Positions 1 to 11,858 of a stretch of DNA of 64,000 nt are shown here, piece after piece. Source of the DNA: Chrysomallon squamiferum (taxonomy: Eukaryota; Animalia; Mollusca); contig CM022670.1 in the NCBI GenBank assembly GCA_012295275.1, positions 35,712,001-35,776,000 of the forward strand. Direction: 5' to 3'. The notes beneath the pieces were generated by a model. The model was not told the origin of the DNA and did no database searches. It saw only the letters and a list, made by a program, of their open reading frames with translations. The position numbers and the translations under genes are program-made. Each line of letters opens with the position of its first letter. The stretch's first letter is position 1.

Positions 1-1599
1 TTATTTAATCATTGATGTTTTAAAAAAATTCATATTTGTAGTTCCTTTGTCTAAGTTATATGATGTAAGTGAAAGGTTGTTATTATTAGAATATTTTGTT
101 TAAGCAGTATTACTACAGTGCAGTCATTTGTTGTCAAAAACTCCTGTACAAATATTAATCTAGTACAACAAGTCATGAAGTACTGAATTATTTATGACAA
201 ATTGTAAATGCTTCTGTTATGTTGTCATGGTGCCATTTTTATTTTATTTGTGTGAAAATGATTCAGAAAACAAATCTACACAATTTAAATTATTCCATTC
301 TTTAAAGATACTGGAAATAAAATGCATGTCTACAGCAATACCAGAGCACAGTTTTGATAGTACTACAAAAGGGTAGAATATATCAAGTTTGCTGTAATTA
401 TTAATAATTATTCAGTTCCATATCAGTATTTTTATGCTAGTTATAACTTCTATATTTCAGGGGAACTATATTTTGATAATTTACATGTTATTTATACATA
501 TATATTGTTCAAAGTTACTTCTTTAGTACTTAATTGCTGGTTTAGATTTCAAAAGACCATTTTGAAAATAGTTTTCATTTCAAAATGAGTTTGTGTGAAA
601 CTAGTATTTGTGAGAGCTTAAGCTGAGAAATAAAACAGTTAATTTCATTTAATTTTTGCATTATTAAGGACTGCAGGATAAAAGTAACAGATCACTTACT
701 GTCAAAAGATATGTTTTATCCTGTGAAGGGAAGAATGGCCTGATTCAGTGAGACTGTTCAGACTGAGCAGAATAAAGCTGATGTCTTCAGAGAGTAACCA
801 GTTGTTCTTATACACCACAAGATATGTGATGCTGTGTATTTTGTTTTGTTTTCTTTCTTTCTTTTATTGTATTTCAGAGTTTCAGTTTTCAGACCTAAAG
901 GTTTTAAGAGCATCATCTTTTAAGCACAATTTACTGTAAACTATTAATGCTCATAGTTGTACTGAACTGTTTTGTTAAACAAAGTGTAGGGTGTGGTGTT
1001 TATTAATGTAAAAAAAAAAAAAAAAAAAAAAAAAATATGTGGTTCTTTTTGTTGTTTTTGATAATTTTTAATGTAAGATCCAGATTTCTTTTTTCTTTCT
1101 TTTTGTTGTTGATGGTCATCAAAATATTTAATATACATTATGTCGAGGTTTTTTTTAATAATTTATTTTAAAAGGAAAATGAAGAATAACAAAAATATAT
1201 TTCAGGTATGCTTAAGTTGTATGTGGTGCAATACATTAAGAATTGTTTTGTTTGTTTTTTTAACTGAACATTTTGTATTATTTTCAAAAATTTATTAATT
1301 TGATTCTCTATATTCAAAAAAAAAAAATTGTTCTAAATATTTTATTTATGGTACTATTAATCCTGGACATTATTTTATTTTAATCTATCTCAAAACTTTA
1401 AGTTCATAACTGTTCTTTTCCAGTTCCCTTTTTTCAATTATATATTTAATATATTTATTCAAAACAGGACAACAAATTAAATATTTTAATAAAGTAAACA
1501 GTTTTTTAATAAGCATATTCAATTGTAATTTGCAACAAAATTTTAACATTCTTTTTTTTTTCTTTTTTTTTCAGTAAATTATTTTCTAAATTTAAACAA

Positions 1600-1702
1600 A
1601 CACACACACACACATGTATATATTTATATACAAACACACACATAAATGCACAGGTATATTTAAACAAACATACATCGTGCACTCAAATGTATATACATAC
1701 AT
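1600..1702 (+). repeat. Dispersed ~100-bp repeat, copy 1 (copy 2 at ~6645-6740)
   Basis: Shared core ACACACATAAATGCACAGGTAT(A/G)TTTAAACAAACATACATCGTGCACTC. Confidence 0.85.
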
Positions 1703-2209
1703 GGTATTATTTTAATTTGCATTTACAATAAACTTTGTTTTGGGTTTTTAACTCTTTTTTCAGCATCAAATATAATGAAACAGATTTTTATACAACAGGT
1801 TGTGTCATTTTAAAACAAGAGCTTTATATAATTTTATTTGAATACATTTTTTATTTATTATTTATTACTATTTATTATTCTTATTTTTTATTATTATTTT
1901 GTTCTTCATAATATGTAGACAAATAACTGAGACATTATGCAAAAAATAAAGAAAGAAATAAAAGCTTAAAATGAATATCAATAAGATATACAAGCTGAGG
2001 GTACCTCAGAAATATCTTTTTTTTTAATAGCATGTGATAATTTGATGAACAGAAACCATTATTTTATAATTCATATACAATTTATTATATGTAATAATAA
2101 AAAGGTTAATATTATACAGAAATTTTGATAATTTTGTGCACTCACACACTTACACACACACCAAAGATATTTGTTTTGATAACTGCTATATGAATTTTTT
2201 TTTTTTTAA

Positions 2210-2243
<34 letters not shown>

Positions 2244-4129
2244 CTAAAATAGATTAATAATACACTATACTGAGTGTTTATATATATATTTATAAACTGA
2301 TGCATTTTATTAACTATATACGTGAATAAATAGATATAAATTGGGCAACTACATATTGAATTATTTTGTTCTTACAACTGTATTATACAAATTTACACCC
2401 AATGTGCACAAACTTGTCAAGTGGCTGGTGCCATGTGTGTGTGACTTGATTCATATTCTGTGTTTTGCTGTAACAATAAAATATAACAAATCATTTTATT
2501 GAGTTTGTGGTTGCAACTTAACTTTTTCTGTTCTACTCTGGCTATTTCTAAGAATCACCTAAAAGATAATTTTAGTAGCTGTTAAGTTTCAAATTTCCAT
2601 TACACACACACACACACACACATTATACCATCAAACTATATTGAAACTACATTTTTTGTTAAAACTGGAAAAAAATTATTTTTTTGGTGATAACAAATTA
2701 AAGATCCTACTTTTTTTGTTTTTCATTTTTATCAAATAAGTGTAGTTAAAACAATGGCTTTTCAAACAGCTGATTTGTGTTATTTTTAATAATGTTTTGC
2801 CTTTTGTTGAACATCTAATAACTTGGATTTTTTAGATACATATCCTATGTGCATCTGTGTGTGTGTGTGTGTGTGTGTGCTGGGTTATGTGTGTTTATGT
2901 GTATGTACTTGTTTGTAAACGCAGATATTGTTAGGAGGCTAGTTTAGGGATGGTCCTGGGGTTAGTAATGGTCAAAGTGAGAAACAAAAATTAAAAAAAA
3001 AAATAGGGTGTTTAAGTAGTGCATCACCTTAATTTGCATTTTGACAATGAAAAACATTAATCCAGTTTAGGATTTGATGTGCTTGTCAGATTGTTACTTT
3101 GAAGTGTCCTTCACATATAATTAATACACTTGTGAGTTAGATGAAGATTATTACATTATTTGTATATATTAATATTATGTAACAAGCATTACAGTCTAAA
3201 AAGTTCATCCTGAAAATCTGGGGTTCAGCTTCAAAGTCATTTACAGAGGAAATTACATACACGATAGATAAAAGAATTATTTGAAACAAGAGACATGATA
3301 GTAGTTTTGGGTGAGTTGCTAATTATTATAATGTTTTCAAAATAATCTTTATTGACTAATACCTTCATCAGCCCATATTTTCAGAATTTGTTTATTTATT
3401 TATATATGTAATCTTTCATGTTATTCCCCAATTCAAACATGAAGGGGTTCATAATACTATTCTCTATACCTTTTTTTTTTTTTTTTTTAAAATGAATGAC
3501 AATCTATTACTGAAACATAATTTTAGGATATTTATTTCATTACAATCAAGAGATTCAACTGTTATTAATAAACAGATTGTTTGTTTGTTTTTGTATTTTG
3601 TGGGGGGTGAGAGAGGGGTGAGTGGACATTTTTTAAATTATGCTGGACAGACTGGATGTTAACAAAAAGCAATAATAAAAAATATAATGACGCTATTTGA
3701 CCGAATGTCGTAATTCGTATTTCCATTTAAAGTTTTCAGATGATTTATTCAGGACTGCGTATGTAATATAAAAATGTTAGCTTTTGTGTTAACTCCATCC
3801 AGATTTGAAAATAACGCTCTATTTGTGTCTATTGTGATTATTTACCCACTGAGTTGGTATCTGACCATCTTTTCGAGAAATCTGACTTTGAGCCACATGC
3901 TCTTGTTACTGAATGATTTTATACAGTTTATTATTATATTATCATTGCTGCTGTTGTTGTTGTTGCTGCTGCTGCTGCTGTTGTTATATAGGCCACTATC
4001 TCTGAATTAAGAATATTTGCAAATTAATTTCGGGTGTTTTGATTATTACGAAAACTTTAACAATAACATAAATTATCATTTAAATACAGAATACTTAACA
4101 TATTTATGGAATACAATTAAAATAGAAAA

Positions 4130-4164
<35 letters not shown>

Positions 4165-4262
4165 AATGACGACGCGTTTTCAAAAAGTTGTTTGTTTCCG
4201 CCCAACTACGTCAGTTTTCGTTGTTGCTGTGTAAAATTACGTCATTCTTTTGTTCCAAACAA
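4165..4262 (+). promoter_or_regulatory. Putative CpG-rich promoter/5' UTR of the orphan gene
   Basis: Abrupt CpG cluster directly upstream of the ATG, with ACGCGT, TTCCGCCC and two CRE/ATF-like TACGTCA sites (4207-4213, 4238-4244). Confidence 0.4.
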
Positions 4263-5196
4263 ATGGCGTTACTGCGATTGGACTGGTGTTTACAAACTTT
4301 AAACAGCGAAACGAGAAGCTCCTTATTATTCACTTTTTTCATAGTATTCGTAGGTGTTTCAATGAAAGTAGCATGTGTATCGTACGCTTGGTAGGTTTAC
4401 AGACATATTTAATTTTATTTTTTCATCTTGGTTTTGTTTATTTTATATTATTTTTTATTTTAATATTACCCTCTCTTTTCACATATAATTGTTATAATAA
4501 AGAACAAATACAAATCACAGTATCGATTGCTTTTAATATTTTTATGACACACCCATTTTATTTAATTATTAAAGTGTTTTTGAGCTAAAATGAATAATAA
4601 AAACATAATTATTTATTCGTCAGTGTAATCTTTTACATGTATTGGCAACAGTATTTGTATTATTACATATATAAACATGTTACTAAGAAAACATATATAT
4701 GTATATTTATAACTGCAACAATAAGTGTTTATTTCAGGATACTCTTTCTTTTGCAAAGTATAACACTGGACATTAAAAAGAATGTAGTGTTTTGGATTAC
4801 TGTTAATTCTCGTTTTCATGTCATATCAGCATATGAAGCAGGTAACATTACTATTTATCAGTCATAACAAATGGAATAGGTGTATCTATCAACACATTAC
4901 GTATATAATATGAAAACCTTCCACGTATATAATATGAAATTCACACACACACACACACACACACACTTTTTTTTTTTTTTGTTTGTTTTTTTGTTCAGGC
5001 TTTTTACAGAAATCTGCCAGTGACGATATGTTGGTGATTGCTTTGTTTACAGTTTTTGGTAAGCAGCAACTGCTTTATAATAATATAAAATCAGAATTAA
5101 TAAATTTATTATTATTGGGAAAAAACTGTTCAATTTAACATTTAATAAAACATTTAATTTCATAATTTCTGTATCAACACTCGAACTTAACTGGAT

Positions 5197-5228
<32 letters not shown>

Positions 5229-5711
5229 TAAATTATATACTGAAATGTTTGCTGTCTTATAAGATACATCTTTAGTTTCTGATGGTATGTGTTTTTCGAT
5301 ATAGTTTTAATGAATAAATAAATAAAGACGTTCTCTTTATATATACAGTTTTAATTTAAATAAATAAATAATCATTCTGATTTAAAATTATAGTTATGTT
5401 GTTGTTGTTGTTTTTTTGTGTGTGTCACAGGTACTATAATCGGAAAACTTTTACTCTTGAGTTTTAATTTTCATCGACGGACTCTCCTCAGGAATATATA
5501 TCTCATTAGGAGAGACAGAGAATTTGAATATATTCAGAATAAAATCAGAGCCGTTGAAGAGAACGAAGATGAAGAAAATAAGACTAAAGAAAAAAAGAAA
5601 CGATCGAACAAAGGTACAAAGGATGGACCACAAAGCTCAAAGACAGATCTGTCGCACAGTTCGCCAATCGCAACCAGAAACCGGTTTCAGTTGCTTCAGA
5701 GCTTAAAATGA
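4263..5711 (+). CDS. Uncharacterised ~190-aa membrane protein; 4 coding exons: 4263-4390, 4738-4841, 4999-5058, 5431-5711
   Basis: ATG in aaATGG context. Three GT-AG introns (donors gtaggt, gtaaca, gtaagc; acceptors tttcag, gttcag, tcacag) with matching phases 2,1,1 give a 573-nt stop-free frame: MALLRLDW...LLFTFFIVFVGVSMKVACVSYAWILFLLQ...MLVIALFTVFGTIIGKLLLLSF...EENEDEENKTKEKKKR...TRNRFQLLQSLK*. No family recognised. Confidence 0.7.
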
Positions 5712-6644
5712 GCCGTGTGCGCATGCGAATGTTTCCATCACATAACAACAAGCAGAAAACGCATGCAGTTATGAAAATGAACACCAACATATATATTTAT
5801 TTATTTTAGAAATCCAAGTTTGAAAAAAAAAAAAAAAATAATAATAATAATAACAACTGCTTTGTTTATTGTTGTTGTGGTTTTTTTTTTTTATTCTTTT
5901 TTCAGTTTGTTGTTAATGTTGGGGGTTTTGGGGGAGAGGTTTTGTTTGGGTTTTTTAATGCTACTTTATTAATATAATTATTTGGATATAATAATTTAAA
6001 TAATTAGGGTCAAGATTTTGCCGAACTAAATTTCTATGTTCGAGCTATACTTCCCAATATATTTTTTTTTTTTTTTTTTAATAATCAAACTCCTTTAAAG
6101 CTGACAAGTTATATTAACAGCTGATGCTGTTTCATATTTTCAGAAATAATCTACTTTGCAGTCGAAATAATGGCCCTACTTTCATCGTATGTTCAAAACA
6201 TATAATCAACATCCTCGTTAGGAAAATAGTACACTGTTATTACGACATAACAGAATGGCAGCGTATCACGTCACTAATGGTAAAACCATCTGCATCTGTT
6301 ATATTTGGCTTCGGTATAAATAAACGGAACTGTAAAACGTTATACACACTACAGGTTAATTGTATTTGCAGACAAGTAGGTCTTGCCCCATACAGGATTT
6401 CTCCAATTATTGTCGTATTATTACGTACTTTGCTTGCCCCAACGTTATTATTTTCTGTTGTTTGTAATCGTCTGACATGACTAACAGAATGTCAGACAAA
6501 GCTGAGATTTGTTGTTGTATTCATTGGCATCTTGAATTTACATTAAGAATGGAAAAGTACGAGTACTTTTGATTGAAAGTGCAATTCTGTAATATATACA
6601 CACACACGCACATATATATATATATACACACACACAAGTACACA

Positions 6645-6820
6645 TATACACACACATATATATGTATACAAACACACACATAAATGCACAGGTATGTTTA
6701 AACAAACATACATCGTGCACTCGAACGTACATACATACATATATATATACATTCATACACACACAGATATACATACATACATACATACATACATACATAC
6801 ATAGATACATACATACATAT
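6645..6820 (+). repeat. Dispersed repeat copy 2 plus (TACA)n tract
   Basis: Direct match to 1600-1702, followed by an ATAC microsatellite. Confidence 0.85.
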
Positions 6821-7936
6821 AATATTATGCAGGGAATAACTGGTTACTGCAATCATTATTAGCTTTATTCTGCGAATGTTACTATAAGGAATTCAGCCTC
6901 GAAAGTGACTGAAATTTATATATTAATATTAACTTATATGAACCCAACGTATCATTTTTGGGGCTGGAGGAATACCCCTCAGTGGGGTGCAATGGATACC
7001 AGTGAATACGGTTTTTTTTCATTTTGAAACAAATGGCTTGGGTTGCATTTGAAATGTAATATATTGTGCAGCGTGCTGTTTTGAAACATTTGTTTCTGCG
7101 TCTGCGTGTTTCCAGAGAAATAACCTATGATCTGGATGAATTCTTTGGGAATTCAAGGCCTATCAGACAAGAAGTGATGCTTCTTTTCCAGTACACTCCA
7201 TGACAAGGCAACGTGTTATAGTCAGAAAGGTTCTGATGTCATGGCGGTTGGTATCATAACTATGATTACCATTGTCGTGTTTGATTGGTAACCAGTGTAG
7301 TCCACAACAAGAATAGTTGTAACGGTTCCACAGTACCCAAGTTCTGTCTGTTCTTGTATTTTTAGATTTGGTGGTAGATCTTATCTGCAGATTAACTGTT
7401 CTGGTTCTTGGTAACCACCGTTCTGAAACAGAATGAAACTCTCTCAGTGGTTTAAATTATGAATGCCACCTCCATTTTCATCAGATTCTGAACTGTCACC
7501 TAGTTTGTAATGTAAACAGCTGCATAAAGAAAATAATCATCTTCAAGAATGGATGGCGTACCTCTGCAGTAGCCTAGAAAAATAAAAAATAACCACATCA
7601 GCTCGACATTCAAATGCGCCCTTCATATGTGTTCTATATTATAGTAAATTAAATTATAAACCTGATGTACAGCTTTAGTACTTTTACACATCACATTTAT
7701 AACAAACAAAAGGAGTGGAAGAGCTTAGGAATCAAAATATAAATTAAATCACAAATTTGTTTTTATATTTATACAAATACTATTTTTTTAACAGGAGATT
7801 ATATTTATCCATTTACAAAATAGTGTCCCCCGCTCGATCCCAGTGCACCATAGCGATGAGCTTTACAATTTTTCAAGTTGAAGGAAAATTTTAATTTTCC
7901 ATAAAAGTAATGTATTCACTTATCTCTAATTACTTA

Positions 7937-8277
7937 TACGAGTACCGGACCAATTATCCGGATTCCTTGGGGCCTGAGGCATTCCGGATTTCTGGATTTT
8001 CCGGTTTTCTGGTCCAAGGCATCTAAATACGTAAATAATTAGGCATAAACATTTTAAATTAAAAACATAAAGAAAACTGACGATACACAACTGTGGCGAC
8101 TCGACACGTAAACAGTGCGGCGAGTGAATGAACGCCACACGGCTTGTAAGAGTAGTTCCGGTCTGGTGAAGACAACAAACGCGCGCGCGATCTTTGGAAA
8201 TAGCGTAGGGAAAAAAATTTCAGTCTTCTGGTCTTTCCTGATTTCAGGACGCCGAATAAATTGGTCCGGTACCCGTA
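7937..8277. mobile_element. MITE / non-autonomous Tc1-mariner/pogo-like element (~340 bp) with probable TA target-site duplication
   Basis: Left end TA-CGAGTACCGGACCAATT versus right end AATTGGTCCGGTACCCG-TA: a 19-bp inverted repeat with 1 mismatch, including the terminal TA. GC/CpG-rich interior and no transposase. Confidence 0.65.
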
Positions 8278-8952
8278 CAACTCTGAAAACAGATGCATTA
8301 CTAAACTATGTTTTCTTGATCAAATTAGTAAGCTTACCTCGTTTGTTCTGAAAAAATGTTTTTAGTTATTTTATTTTTGGTCTTTCTTCCCGCTTTTGAA
8401 ACTTCTAGAAATGTACAGCAGACGGACATAGTTCATTTTAGATATTATCCTATAGTGGCTACTGTAACAATGGTTAAAGTGAATGTACCTTGTGGAGGTA
8501 CATTGGTAAAAAAATGGGTTAATATTACTGAAGTTGTATTTTGTATTTAGCATTATCTGCCTGACAGAGATAGATAAACAAACAGAGAAACACACACACA
8601 CACACAAATGCATAGAGATAAACAGAAACATATAGATGAAATATAAATTTCAACATAGTCTACGTGTAAAATAAACACTTTTATTTCTCAATGAAACAAA
8701 TAAACAATAAACACCTCACAAATAGTAGGAATATTTAATATCACATTTTCAATAAATAGGAGTGTACAAAATATTTCTAATAATAATTATACATGGATAA
8801 TGAGTAAAAATTCCAAAATGAAGTTCCTCACAGTTAATAACAGGCACAACCAGCATACTTCATAGATAAATAATAAATGATAAAATGCATATTCTTTGGT
8901 TAAGAAAACACGACGAACATAGGCTTTTGTGACTTAATTTAGGCAGTGTTCA

Positions 8953-8997
<45 letters not shown>

Positions 8998-9744
8998 TAT
9001 GATTATTATTATTATTATTATTATTAATCGTCGTCATCATCACCATAATATATTAATAAATCAAATGCATAATGTTGAAAGTGATACATTTTTTTTTTTT
9101 GGATGATAAAGATCACATTTAATATAATATTTTTCTATCCGATAAACTATACTTTTACAAATAAAATTATTACTAATCAGCAATTCTGAATAATGATTTA
9201 CCCGTAAAATAACTGCTTTTGAGATCAGCGATGGAGAATCTTTGTTCTAAATAAGGTTTTTTGGTAACCTTTTTTTTTCTTATATTACTGTAAATATATT
9301 AGACTGTTGGTTATTACTTGGTCTACTACTGTATGTTAATCTGCTTGCAAGCATACACATTTTAAATGTAACAAACAGAGATTGATGGCTTTGAACCTTA
9401 AAACAGTGATTCTAAAAAATGAGTCATTCTAATTGTGAAATTAACGATGATTTTAAAAACTATGTACATCAGTTGCCATACTGTTTTTGCAGTAAACTTT
9501 AATTTCAAATTATTCATGAACTTAGAATATCACGTTTGTTTCACTTTTGTTAGTCCTTATAATTTACATTTGCATTAAAGGACACTTTACAAACAAAAAA
9601 CATGTGAAACTTGTACGTAAAAAAATGCTTATAATTATAGATTTATTATTTCATTTTTATTAACAGTTAAAAGTGGCAGAGATTATCTGCTAATTATTTA
9701 GATTGGCACTTAAGAATTTGGAATAAATATGAAAAACTGTTTTC

Positions 9745-10175
9745 TCGACTGTATTTTCTCTTTTGCTCTGACGCATTTTCTCATTTACTCTGTCGCATTT
9801 TCTCTTTTACTCTATCGCATTTTCTCTTTTACTCTATCGTATTTTCTCTCTCACTCTGCCGCATTTTCTTTCACTCTGCATTTTTTCTCTTTATTTTCAC
9901 GTATTTTCCGTTTTATTCAATCGCATTTTCTTTCTGTCGTATTTTTCTCCTTATCAGGCGTATTTTCTCTTTTTCTTTGTCTTTCTTCGCATTTTCTCTT
10001 TTCGTCTTTTTTTCTCTGGAGCATTTTCATATATTCTACATATTTTTTCGTTGTTGTCGCTTTTTTCTTTACTCGTCGCATTTTCTCATTTTCTCTGACG
10101 CATTTTCTCTTCACATCGTATTTTCTTCCTCTAATACATTTTTTTTTACTTCGGTCTTCGCATTTTCTCTCTTTC
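9745..10175. repeat. Degenerate minisatellite, ~21-22-bp unit (CGCATTTTCTCTTTTACTCT-like), about 20 copies
   Basis: Recurring cgcattttct/cgtattttct cores at ~21-bp spacing. It produces the spurious Phe/Ser-rich and Arg/Lys-rich ORFs at 9729-10259. Confidence 0.8.
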
Positions 10176-10355
10176 TTATTTACTTCAACGTGTTTGTATT
10201 ATATACACCATCCAGTAACAAAAGTATTTAATTACAGGCAGCAATTTGATCGCTTTTAGCGACATATGGAATGCACCGGGGAAGATATTTAGCCTCCTCT
10301 TGGGAGATAGAAGTCTATATTGCACATTAAGCTGGGAGAAAGGTGACAGTTCTTC

Positions 10356-10537
10356 TCACACCAGAAATCCAAGAACACAGGCTATCACGACAGCAAGCAT
10401 TATGGGTAAATTTCGTGACGCTGTACTTTCAGTAAAATAATCGTCGTATGATTCTTCGTTATTGATGTCATCTTGAAAAACGTAAATGTTATTGGCTGGA
10501 TCCAAGGGAGTTAAGCTGCTTTGAGACTTCTTAAAAT
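10356..10537 (-). CDS. EGF-CFC terminal exon: acidic linker plus GPI-anchor signal
   Basis: ctttcag acceptor, phase 1; small residues (STAS) followed by a terminal hydrophobic run and TGA. Confidence 0.85.
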
Positions 10538-11776
10538 CTGAAAGCAAATTTGTAAATTTAGTTTTTAATATGTTATATTATAACAGTGAATCTTTTTTTT
10601 TTAATTATTAATATTACTTTTATCTGTGCAGTCGCTCTTGAAATATTACACAGATAATATGCCGTTTGGCAAATGAAAATGATATTTAGTTATTATATTT
10701 CTGTAACAATAATAACTGCGATGTCACTCAATAATTCATGTGATTTTAAAACATTATTATTATTATTATTATTAAAAAATTATAACATTATTTCTAAATT
10801 TTATAAACTTACCACAGATGCTATAAGCCTTTTGTATACACATAATCCTGCCGTCAAAGCATCGACAAAGGTCACAGTTTGACTTGAGCCAAGATCCGTG
10901 TTTCACTTCGCCGCAAGGCCTCAGGTTACTCCTGAACTGACAATATCGACCGTAAAACTGCCTGAAAAACAAAGACGTCAGTAACGTTAATAAAATTTAA
11001 ACCTTTCTAAATCATTACTGCCTCAAACTCAGCGTATAACTTGAATCTATGGCAGTTTCTCTTTTTTTCTTTGTTGCCAAACAACGGCCGTGAAATTGCC
11101 AATGGCGACGCAGTTGTGTACAGCGTTCCATGGAAAAAGATAGGAGGAAATAGATGGCGCTAATTACACCTTTGTAATGGTTCTGAATGACGTAAGCCTG
11201 TGCAGTTCTTTTGTGCGTTTTTTGCAACAGGAACGCCATTTTGGTAATTAACTAAAGTTCTTTTGTGATACGATACAAAGAAGAATTTTGTTTTATTTTT
11301 TTTGTTTTATTTTTTTATTATTTAAATAAATTTTTATGGTAAATTATGTTTTATTGGGGTGTTTTTTTGGGGTGGGTGGGACAGGAAAGTTTTAAGAAGA
11401 ATCTATTTTTTGTTCAGTGTCCTATAACAAAGAAACGTGTTATATATCCAATTCATAAAATTATTAAAACATTTTATATCATTAACAAAATTTATGTATT
11501 TAAATGTGAACTTCATTAAAAGCTCTTTAAAAATTCTTTAATTAATTAATTTATTTATTTATTTATTATCTTTCATTGCTTTAATTTTTATTTTATTGTT
11601 ACTCATGTTACAGTAATTGTAAAACTTACTTTTTACAATGGCAAAAGCTGCCAAGAACACAGACACCTCCATTTTCACAACACTTCTTAAATTTTCTTGG
11701 CGAATCTGAAATGCAAAGATTAAAATTAATTACAAGGTATGTATGTGTCTTCCTCGAAAGCATACGGCAACTGAAG

Positions 11777-11858
<82 letters not shown>

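Noticed and set aside
1-2510. Possible 3' UTR of an upstream + strand gene (AATAAA at 2475)
   Set aside because: Plausible from CpG depletion, but no coding exon is visible and AATAAA is too common here to annotate.
7000-7500. Possible decayed Harbinger-type transposase (LHNI-like string on -)
   Set aside because: Only a 4-residue resemblance amid multiple stops; no catalytic motifs or termini found.
9729-10259. 176-aa hydrophobic ORF
   Set aside because: Translation of a pyrimidine-rich minisatellite with no splice or homology support.
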